In this document: positions 43,658 through 51,564 of the stretch, one piece after another
Numbering within the stretch: the first letter of the stretch is position 1
How the letters are laid out: every line of letters begins with the position of its first letter
Source of the DNA: an uncultured Gemmatimonadales bacterium
Lineage (GTDB): Bacteria; Gemmatimonadota; Gemmatimonadetes; Gemmatimonadales; GWC2-71-9
Assembly: GCA_963828735.1 (NCBI GenBank)
Contig: CAWHFW010000002.1
Coordinates: 64,001-128,000, forward strand
Direction: 5' to 3'
Length of the DNA stretch: 64,000 nt
Program-made: the position numbers and the translations under genes
The notes under the pieces: generated by a model
Databases searched by the model: none
What the model was told of the DNA's origin: nothing
What the model saw: the letters and a program-made list of their open reading frames with translations, nothing else

Positions 43658-44433
43658 CACTCGAGCCCGAGATGGCCGGCCGCGATCCGGAGCCCTCGGA
43701 GCGTGAGGTCCGGATCGGTGTCCTCGATGCTCGACGTGAGCGGCGCGACCACGGGGGCGAGACCGCCGGTCGCCACGACCCCCGGCCGGCGTCCCCCGGG
43801 CCACTCGGCGCGGATGCGCCGTACCAGGCCGTCCACGGCCTCCGCGGCACCGTAGAGCACGCCGGCCTGGATGCACTCCTCCGTGCGCCGTCCGATGACG
43901 CGCTCGGGCGCGCGGAGCTCGGTGGCCGGCAGCTTGGCGGTGCGCTGCGTGAGCTGGTCCGCCGCGGTGCGGAGACCCGGCATGATGACGCCGCCCAGGA
44001 ATCGTCCATCGGCTGTCACGCAGTCGAAGGTGGTGGCGGTGCCGAAGTCCACCACGATCGTGTCCTGATGGTAGAGCTCGACCGCGGCCAACGCGTTCAC
44101 GATGCGGTCGGCGCCGACGCTCAACGGCTCGTCCACGTCGAGCGTCACGGGCAGCGGCGAGCGCGCGTCCACCTGCACGCCGGTGCAGCCAGTGGTCCGC
44201 GCGATCCCGGCGACCACGGCCTGCGTCACCGACGGCGCGACCGACGCGAGGCACACCGCGCGCACCTCGTTCGGTGAGCGGCCGGCGGCGAGCAGGAAGC
44301 CGCTGATCGCGCTGCCCCACTCGTCCGGCGTGCGCCCCGGATTGGTCGTGAGCCGCCAGTGCGCGTCGAGCTCGGCGCCGCGGAACAGGCCGACGGTGAT
44401 CTCCGTGTTGCCGATGTCGAGCGTCAGAAGCAT
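43654..44433 (-). CDS. coaX: Type III pantothenate kinase
   Basis: LDIGNT, ASVAP, GADR, VVDFGTATT, GGVIMPG, ATGG, LTLRGL. Confidence 0.96.
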   Translation of the reverse strand: MLLTLDIGNTEITVGLFRGAELDAHWRLTTNPGRTPDEWGSAISGFLLAAGRSPNEVRAVCLASVAPSVTQAVVAGIARTTGCTGVQVDARSPLPVTLDVDEPLSVGADRIVNALAAVELYHQDTIVVDFGTATTFDCVTADGRFLGGVIMPGLRTAADQLTQRTAKLPATELRAPERVIGRRTEECIQAGVLYGAAEAVDGLVRRIRAEWPGGRRPGVVATGGLAPVVAPLTSSIEDTDPDLTLRGLRIAAGHLGLEW

Positions 44434-44502
44434 GGGAGCCCCGTGGATCGCGGGTCGTGGGTCATGAGGTGCGGCGAGCGCGAGGCCGGAGCCGGGCGTC
44501 GC

Positions 44503-45219
44503 TTACGAGTGGCGGGTCACCACGGTACCGGCCAGCACGCGCTCGACCACGCCGTCGGCGCGCCGCACCAGGAGCGCGCCGTCGGCCGCGAGTCCCAGGG
44601 CGGTGCCGGCCACGGGCGCGTCGAGCGTGCGACCGCGCAGCCAGTCCCGGGAGGCGAACCGCGCCTGCTCCACCTCGGTGAGGGGTCCGGCCGCCGCATC
44701 CACCGCCCGAAGTGCGGCGACCGCCGGCTCGACCAGGTCATCAGCCACGAGCGACGAGTGCACCGAGCCCAGGTGGGTCGCCGTCGCCTCGAGCTCACTG
44801 GGTGGCGGGTTGGCGACGTTGAGGCCGAGGCCGATCACCACCCATGCGAGTGCCGCACCCTGCCACCGCGCCTCGCACAGAATACCGCCCACCTTCCGCT
44901 CGCCGACCATCAGGTCGTTCGGCCACTTGAGTCGCACATATGTTTCCGCGCCCAGATCGTCGAGCCGCTCCGCGACGGTCAGGCCCGCCCGCAGGCTCAG
45001 CACCTCGAGGCCAGCGCTGGCCGGCCGCGCCAGCACACTGAGCCAGAGCCCGCCTCGGGGAGACGTCCACGTCCGTCCGCGGGATCCCCGCCCCGCCGTC
45101 TGCACCTGCGCGACGACGGCCGTCCCCGCGGGTGCGCCGCCCTGTGCCAGCTCGTGCACCGCATCCATGGTGGACGGCACCGCGGCGACGCGGACGATCT
45201 CGGGTGACGCGACCCTCAC
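44503..45219 (-). CDS. birA: Biotin--[acetyl-CoA carboxylase] ligase
   Basis: [35 protein letters not shown]; no N-terminal HTH. Confidence 0.93.
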   Translation of the reverse strand: MRVASPEIVRVAAVPSTMDAVHELAQGGAPAGTAVVAQVQTAGRGSRGRTWTSPRGGLWLSVLARPASAGLEVLSLRAGLTVAERLDDLGAETYVRLKWPNDLMVGERKVGGILCEARWQGAALAWVVIGLGLNVANPPPSELEATATHLGSVHSSLVADDLVEPAVAALRAVDAAAGPLTEVEQARFASRDWLRGRTLDAPVAGTALGLAADGALLVRRADGVVERVLAGTVVTRHS

Positions 45220-46013
45220 CGGAGCAGCAGCAGGAGCAGGAGACCGAGTGCGATCCGGTACCATGCGAACGCCGCGAAGCTGTGCCGGGACACATAGCCG
45301 AGAAACGCCTTCACCACGATCACGGCCGATACGAATGCCGTCACGAACCCCACGAGGAACGCGGGCCCATCGGCCGTGCTCAGGGCACCCCGGCTCTTGA
45401 GCAGGTCGTACAGCGTGGCGGCGAACATCACCGGGATCGACAGGAAGAACGAGAACTCGGTCGCCGCGCGCCGCGACAGGCCGAGCGCGTAGCCGCCCAT
45501 GATCGTGGCGCCCGAGCGCGACGTGCCCGGGATCAGCGACAGGACCTGGGCGAGCCCGATCCCGAGGGCCGTCGGAGGCCGGACATCGCGCACCTCTGCC
45601 ACGCGTTCGAGGGGCCGGAGCCGCTCGATAAGCAGGATGACCGCGCCACCCGCCACCAGCGCGACCGCCACGACCGTCGGGGTAAACAGGTGACCCTTGA
45701 TCCAGTCGTGGGCCAGAAACCCCACGATCGCCGCCGGCAGGAACGCGATCGTCAGGTTGAGCAGGAACCGCCGGCTGGGCTCGTCTCTCGTGGCCGCCAG
45801 GGTGGCCTGGATCAGCCGCTCCCGATAGAGCCAGACGATGGCGAGGATCGCGCCGAGCTGGATGAAGATGTCGAACGTCTTTGCCGCTTCACCCGTCTCG
45901 CCCAGCCAATGACTCGCGAGGATGAGGTGACCGGTCGAGGATACGGGAATGAATTCGGTCACGCCTTCCAGCAGGCCGAGGAGCGCGGCCTTGAGCAATG
46001 GCTCAACCCCCAT
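45216..46013 (-). CDS. uppP: Undecaprenyl-diphosphate phosphatase
   Basis: EGVTEFIPVSSTGHL, IQLGAILA, PGTSRSGATI, EFSFFL. Confidence 0.97.
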   Translation of the reverse strand: MGVEPLLKAALLGLLEGVTEFIPVSSTGHLILASHWLGETGEAAKTFDIFIQLGAILAIVWLYRERLIQATLAATRDEPSRRFLLNLTIAFLPAAIVGFLAHDWIKGHLFTPTVVAVALVAGGAVILLIERLRPLERVAEVRDVRPPTALGIGLAQVLSLIPGTSRSGATIMGGYALGLSRRAATEFSFFLSIPVMFAATLYDLLKSRGALSTADGPAFLVGFVTAFVSAVIVVKAFLGYVSRHSFAAFAWYRIALGLLLLLLLR

Positions 46014-47160
46014 TGGCCCGGCTCGCCGCGCTCACGCCGCGCAGGGTCTCCTCGTACAGGGCCTCGTACATCGGGACGATCCGGTCGGCCGAGAATGTGT
46101 GGGCCTTGGCGATCGCGGCCTCGCGCATCGCGGCATGGCGGGCCGTGTCGCGCAGCAACTCGACCGCGCGGCGGCCCATCGCCTCGACCGAGCCCACCGG
46201 CTCGAGAATGCCGCTCACCCCGTCCTCCACCACCTCGGGCAAGCCGCCCGCCCGGCTCGCGACCACCGGTGATCCGCAGGCCATGGCTTCGAGCGCGGCC
46301 AGGCCGAACGACTCGGTCTGTGACGGCAGCAGGAACAGGTCGCTCGCCTGGAGCAGCGACGCGACCGGGTCGAGTCGGCCGAGGAACCGCACGTCCTGGC
46401 CCACGCCCAGCTCGCGCGACTCGTTCTCGGCGTCCACGCGCTCGGGCCCGTCGCCCACCATGACCAGCACGGCCGGCATCGCGCGACGGATGCGGGCGAA
46501 GACCCGGATAACATCCTTCACCCGTTTCACCTCGCGGAAATTCGAGACGTGCGTCACCACCTTTGTGCCCGGCGGCGCCAACGGCTTCGCCTCGCCCGGC
46601 GCCGCTGGGTGGTACTCGGCCAGGTTCACGAAGTTCGGGATGACCCGGAGGTCGCAGCTCACGCAGCCGAACGCCCGATAGGTCTCGTCGCGCAGATAGG
46701 CCGAGACCGCGGTCACCTCGTCGCTCTGCTCGATGGAGAACTTGGTGATCGCATAGAAGCTCGACTCCTGGCCCACGAGCGTGATGTCGGTCCCGTGCAG
46801 CGTCGTGATGACGCGGAGCTGCCGCTCGCCGTTCAGCATCTGGCGGGCGAGGTAGGCCGTCGTGGCATGCGGGATGGCGTAGTGGACGTGCAGGAGGTCG
46901 ATCCCTTCCTGCAGGACGACCTCGTGCTGCTTGGACGCCAGCGCGAGCGTGTAGGGGAAGTGGTCGAACAGCGGATAGCGGCCCATCCGCGTCTCGACTT
47001 GATGGAAGTAGATCCGCTCGGCGTATCCGTGGAGGCGGAACGGGGCGTCGTAGGTGATGAAATGCACCTCGTGGCCGCGTCGCGCGAGCTCGAGGCCCAG
47101 CTCGGTCGCGACCGCGCCCGAGCCGCCGTAGGTCGGATAGCAGGTGATCCCGATCTTCAT
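46003..47160 (-). CDS. bshA: N-acetyl-alpha-D-glucosaminyl L-malate synthase
   Basis: MKIGITCYPTYGGSG, LHVHYAIPHA, TTLHGTDITLVG, HVSNFR, ESFGLAALEAM. Confidence 0.95.
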   Translation of the reverse strand: MKIGITCYPTYGGSGAVATELGLELARRGHEVHFITYDAPFRLHGYAERIYFHQVETRMGRYPLFDHFPYTLALASKQHEVVLQEGIDLLHVHYAIPHATTAYLARQMLNGERQLRVITTLHGTDITLVGQESSFYAITKFSIEQSDEVTAVSAYLRDETYRAFGCVSCDLRVIPNFVNLAEYHPAAPGEAKPLAPPGTKVVTHVSNFREVKRVKDVIRVFARIRRAMPAVLVMVGDGPERVDAENESRELGVGQDVRFLGRLDPVASLLQASDLFLLPSQTESFGLAALEAMACGSPVVASRAGGLPEVVEDGVSGILEPVGSVEAMGRRAVELLRDTARHAAMREAAIAKAHTFSADRIVPMYEALYEETLRGVSAASRANGG

Positions 47161-47380
47161 TGCCACCTAGCGAGTGGGAGCTTCTCCGAGGGAGACGCTA
47201 TCGGAAAGGCCCGTGAAAACCCGTGAATCTGCGTGGTCTATGGTGCAATGGATGGTGCAAATCTACTCCGGTCCACCTCGCCTCACGAGTAAGCTAACCG
47301 GCTTCTCGCCGATGCGTGCTGTAGGGCGGCGATCAGGACGCGTGACGGGCACCGTGGGCGGACGAGCGAGAAAGGAAGGA

Positions 47381-47533
47381 ATGGACGAATGTGGCGCGTA
47401 CCAGTTCTCATCTGCTTCCGAGATCGTGGAGGCCCTCGATAACGAGCAGACCAAGATCCGCGTGCGCATCGGCAGGCGGTCCGCGGTGTTCGCGGTCTAC
47501 AACGAAGTCGGGCAGCCTGTTCGTGAGACCTAG
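47381..47533 (+). CDS. Small hypothetical protein (50 aa) in the island
   Basis: AAGGAAGGA directly before ATG; protein-like composition MDECGAYQFSS... Confidence 0.4.
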   Translation: MDECGAYQFSSASEIVEALDNEQTKIRVRIGRRSAVFAVYNEVGQPVRET

Positions 47534-47729
47534 GCGTAGCGCACCTAGGGGGGGATGTGCGGCACCGCTCCGAAGTCGTGGAGTATCGGGCGGTGCAACA
47601 ACAAAGGGTCGCTCCGGCTACGGGCCGGCGACGGTGGCAGGAACAAGTTCCGGTGATCATCCCGGTCACGTGCAAATCCGTCCTTGCCTCGCTCCCTACG
47701 TGCGCGACCCGGACACTACCATCGCTCTC

Positions 47730-48197
47730 TTAACTCATCGTCAATCCAGCAACGACTGCGGCGGGGATGCCTGTTCGGTGACTGCGCCCACAGGCGGGAT
47801 GGATTGGAATCCCATCCGCGCTCATCGCGAGCACGTTCGCGAGGATGGAGCGGAGCACTTTCAAGCTGAAAGGTTTCTCCAACAGCAGACCCGGCAGGAG
47901 CACGTCCTGATCGTGTCCTCCGGCCGACAGGAAGATCAAGGGAAGATCGGGTTGGCGCCGGCGCAGCTCGGCGGTCACCTCGTCTCCTGACACGACGGGG
48001 AAGTGCAAGTCGATCACCGCGGCGTTGAGCCGGAGCTTGAGCCGATCGAGCAGCCCGACGGCCTCCCCCTGAGTCGACGCCGCGAGGACCTGATACCCCG
48101 CGCGGAGGAGCGCCAGCGTTGTCAGGTCCCGAACGCTCTCGAGGTCGTCTACCACGAGAATCCACGGCCGGTCTGCGAGCCGATCATCGAGATGCAT
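47730..48197 (-). CDS. Stand-alone response regulator receiver (CheY-like)
   Basis: ILVVDD, AGYQV, VIDL phospho-Asp, IFLS, EKPF. Confidence 0.88.
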   Translation of the reverse strand: MHLDDRLADRPWILVVDDLESVRDLTTLALLRAGYQVLAASTQGEAVGLLDRLKLRLNAAVIDLHFPVVSGDEVTAELRRRQPDLPLIFLSAGGHDQDVLLPGLLLEKPFSLKVLRSILANVLAMSADGIPIHPACGRSHRTGIPAAVVAGLTMS

Positions 48198-48369
48198 TCG
48201 TCACCCTGGTGCAGTGGTGGGAGCGGCCAACCGCGAGGCGACCAAGGTTGGGTCCATCGCGCGACGGGCCCAAACCGCGACGGCTCGCCAACGTGATCGA
48301 CGCGATTGGCATGAATGCGAATACTGAGTGGACCTGGGTTCCTGGCGCTGACCTCAACAGCATCGCGTC

Positions 48370-48484
48370 CGATGCGCGATAGCCCGCGTCAATCAAGGCG
48401 CAGGCCACTATCGTGGCACACCCCGAGGTCGTCGTGCACAAGCAGCACGAGGTGTTCCCGAAGCACCTGGGCGAGGGAACTCAT
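48370..48484 (-). pseudogene. Decayed receiver-domain gene fragment
   Basis: MSSLAQVLREHLVLLVHDDLGV, then a frameshift into TIVACALIDAGYR; similarity is lost afterwards. Confidence 0.5.
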
Positions 48485-48944
48485 AGTGGCTAGGCTCCGT
48501 CAAACTGGGTCCAGTACCAGACCTATTTGTTGGGTGCCAGGACTGCCGGCAATAGGCAGAATCGCCCAAGACCGGGGTACCGGCAGGCCTCGGGTCACTC
48601 GAATTCTCGAGTCTCAGCGTTCATCCGGGGTTGGGGCACTATGGAAGGCATCATTTGGGGGCCAGGATGGGGACGTGACGAGGAGTGGCTCGCGGATTGG
48701 CGTTCGCCCCGCCCCGCTCCCGACGTCTTCGCCGCCTCCCGAGGGCGACGACCCAGTCTCAAAAGGACCGTGAACACTGGCGGGCGAAGGTAACGGAGGC
48801 GGCGCCGAAGCGGGCGGAATCGGCGGGGTCGTAGTGCAGCTGGCGGTGCAATCGGTAGGTGCGTCGATCCACCGAACAGGGGAGGTCGAAACGGTGAGTG
48901 GGTTAGCGAGAGTGATCTGGCAAGCCGCAGGAAAATCCCGATCT

Positions 48945-49868
48945 TCATGTGGGGTCCTTCTCCCAGGCCTCCGCGATCTCGGCCGCGAGGCGCTCCGGAG
49001 GCCGCGTCGCGTCGAGGGTCAGTACCACGCCGCCGAGCTGGTGCCGAAACCAGGTTTGCTGCCGCTTCGCGTACTGTCGCGTGCTGACGGCAATGGCGTC
49101 CGCGACCGCCCCGCGCTGCCGCCGCCCGTGGAGGTAATCGACGGCCTCGCGAACGCCGATCCCGTCGAGCCCCGGGCCCGCGGCGGCGTGTCCTTCGGCC
49201 AGCACCGAGGCGACTTCCTCGATCAACCCGCGCTGCATCATCTCCGCCGCCCGCCGGGCGATGCGCTGGTGCAGCACGGGCCTGGGGACCGTGAGGACGA
49301 TGTACCACGGATCGAGGGCGCCTCGCGCGCGCGCCACCTCCTGCCAATGGGAGAGCGGATGCCCCGTGAGCAACGCGACCTCGACGGCGCGCGCGGCGCG
49401 CTGGCGTCCCCCGCCGCGGAATCCCGGATCGAGCCGTCCGGCCCATCGCAGCAGCTCGAGTGGCTCGAGCCGAGCCGTGAAGGCATCGAGGGAGCGGCGG
49501 CGCGCCGTGTCGAGCGGGGGCTCGCGAAACAGGCCCTCGGCGAGCGCACGCACGTAGAGTCCGGTGCCGCCCACGACCACCGGCATCCGGCTGCGTCCGC
49601 GGATGTCGGCGAGCCAGCCTTCGGCGTCCCGTGCGAAGTGCCCGGCGCTGTAGCGCGCGCCCGGTTCGACCAGGTCGAGGCCGTGGTGGGGAACGCGCGC
49701 GCGCTCCTTGCGGGTCGGCTTGGCCGTGCCGATGTCGAGGCGCCGGTAGATCTGGCGCGAATCGGCGGAGATGATCTCGAGGGGCCAATGGGCCGCGAGC
49801 GCCAGCGCGACTGCGGTCTTGCCGACCGCCGTCGGGCCCACGAGGACGGGGACTCTACCGCCGACCAA
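48945..49868 (-). CDS. miaA: tRNA dimethylallyltransferase
   Basis: GPTAVGKT, ISADSRQIY, DIGTAKP, VGGTGLY, RQYAKRQQTWF. Confidence 0.97.
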   Translation of the reverse strand: MVGGRVPVLVGPTAVGKTAVALALAAHWPLEIISADSRQIYRRLDIGTAKPTRKERARVPHHGLDLVEPGARYSAGHFARDAEGWLADIRGRSRMPVVVGGTGLYVRALAEGLFREPPLDTARRRSLDAFTARLEPLELLRWAGRLDPGFRGGGRQRAARAVEVALLTGHPLSHWQEVARARGALDPWYIVLTVPRPVLHQRIARRAAEMMQRGLIEEVASVLAEGHAAAGPGLDGIGVREAVDYLHGRRQRGAVADAIAVSTRQYAKRQQTWFRHQLGGVVLTLDATRPPERLAAEIAEAWEKDPT

Positions 49869-51555
49869 ACCGCCGCTCCAGCTCCTCGCGGGGCAACTGC
49901 ACGATCGTCGAGCGCCCGTGCACGTCGTGCGGCGGAAGTTGCGTAGCAAACAGCCTGAGGAGCAGCTCCCGCATCTCGCGCTGGTCGAGCCGGTCTCCCG
50001 CTTTGACCGCCGCGCGGCACGCGTAGGTGGCCGCGAAGCGCTCGAGGCGGTTGGCCCAGCCGCCGAAGCGCCCGCGGGCGAGGTCGGCCACCAGCTCGCG
50101 GAAGCAGGCGCCCGCGTCGAACCGCGGGTGTGGCGACGGCACGGCGTGGAGGACGACCGCGCGGCCGCCGAACGAGTCGGCCTCGAACCCGATCTGTCGG
50201 AGCGGCTCGGCGTGGCGTTCGACCGCATCCAGCTCTTCGTCGGTGAGCTCCAGGGTAAGCGGCAGGAGCAGGCGCTGCGCGGGGGCGTCGGCGCCCGTGA
50301 GCTGCGCCAGGACGGCCTCGTAGAGCACGCGCTCGTGCGCCGAGTGCTGATCCACGATCACGATCCCTTCGGCCGCTTCGTAGACGATGTACGTGTCGAA
50401 CATCTGGAGCAGCGGCGCCTGGAAGCCCGCATCGGCGCCGCTATCGGTCTCCTCCCGCGTGTCGCCCGCTGTCGGCGCGAAAAGCTCGTGGACGAAGTCC
50501 GCGGACAGCTCGGCGCCGTGACCCGGCAATGACGGCGGCAGCGGGCGCCAGTCGCCGACGGGAGCCGCGGCCAGCAGCGCGCCCAGGGCGTGCCGCACCG
50601 CCTCCTCGACCACGCGCTCGATGCCGATGCGGTCACGAAAGCGAACCTCGAGCTTCGCCGGGTGCACGTTCACGTCGACGTCCTCGGGCGCGGCCTCCAG
50701 CTTGAGATACACCGAGGGGCGATCGCCCGGATGAATGGCCGACCGGTAGCCCGCCTCGGCGGCGCGGACCAGGAACGGATCCTTGAACGGGCGGCCGTTG
50801 ACGAACAGCTGCGCCCGTCGTCCCGTGGGCTGAGCATCGCCCGGACGCTGCACGAAGCCGGTGACGCGGAACGCACCCGCCGCGTAGCCCACCGGCACGA
50901 GGGTCCCGGCGAGCTCGCGTCCCCACACGGCTGCGAGCCGCTCTTCCGGCGCCTGCCCCGGCGGGACCGCGAGCCGCGCGACGCCGTCCACCTCGAGCTC
51001 GAAGCCGACGTCGGGGTGGGCGAGGGCGAGCGTAGCGACCGCCTCGTGCGCGGCGCGCGTCTCGCTCGCGGCGGAACGGAGGAATTTCCGGCGCGCCGGC
51101 GTGTTGAAGAAGAGGGCGCGGACCGTCACGGTCGTGCCGCGCTGGCGCACCGCGTCGGCAACGCGGTCGAGACGGCCGCCCGCCACCGTGAGCTCGGTCC
51201 CGGTCTCGTTGTCGCTCGTGAGGAGGGTGAATCGGGAGACGGACGCGATCGCGGGGAGGGCTTCGCCGCGGAAGCCGAACGTGGCGACCCCGATCAGGTC
51301 GGCGACGCTCCGGACCTTGCTCGTCGCATGGCGATCGAGGGCGAGCACCGCGTCCTCGCGGCCCATCCCGCTGCCGTCGTCGCCGATCTGGATGAGGGTC
51401 TTCCCGCCGTTCTCGAGCGCAATGCGCACGTGGCGTGCGCCCGCGTCGAGTGCATTCTCCACCAGCTCCTTCACCACCGAGGCCGGTCGCTCGACGACCT
51501 CGCCCGCGGCGATCTGATCGGCCACGGCGTCCGGCAAGATGGCGATGCGGCGCAT
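49855..51555 (-). CDS. mutL: DNA mismatch repair endonuclease MutL
   Basis: IAAGEVVERPASVVKELVEN, GFRGEAL, DVNVHPAK, DQHSAHER, ACR. Confidence 0.97.
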   Translation of the reverse strand: MRRIAILPDAVADQIAAGEVVERPASVVKELVENALDAGARHVRIALENGGKTLIQIGDDGSGMGREDAVLALDRHATSKVRSVADLIGVATFGFRGEALPAIASVSRFTLLTSDNETGTELTVAGGRLDRVADAVRQRGTTVTVRALFFNTPARRKFLRSAASETRAAHEAVATLALAHPDVGFELEVDGVARLAVPPGQAPEERLAAVWGRELAGTLVPVGYAAGAFRVTGFVQRPGDAQPTGRRAQLFVNGRPFKDPFLVRAAEAGYRSAIHPGDRPSVYLKLEAAPEDVDVNVHPAKLEVRFRDRIGIERVVEEAVRHALGALLAAAPVGDWRPLPPSLPGHGAELSADFVHELFAPTAGDTREETDSGADAGFQAPLLQMFDTYIVYEAAEGIVIVDQHSAHERVLYEAVLAQLTGADAPAQRLLLPLTLELTDEELDAVERHAEPLRQIGFEADSFGGRAVVLHAVPSPHPRFDAGACFRELVADLARGRFGGWANRLERFAATYACRAAVKAGDRLDQREMRELLLRLFATQLPPHDVHGRSTIVQLPREELERRFGRR

Positions 51556-51564
51556 GGCGAGAAT

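Larger units (their letters stand above)
47147..48948. mobile_element. Small integrase-less genomic island/remnant inserted at the bshA start
   Basis: Identical 14-mer ATCCCGATCTTCAT at 47147-47160 and 48935-48948; visibly more A/T-rich and less coding-dense than the flanks; GGTGCA-type repeats inside both ends. Confidence 0.8.

Noticed and set aside
48527..48793. Small ORFs 48315-48773 and 48527-48793 in the island as genes or an integrase remnant
   Set aside because: No recognisable motif or RBS and no tyrosine-recombinase catalytic pattern
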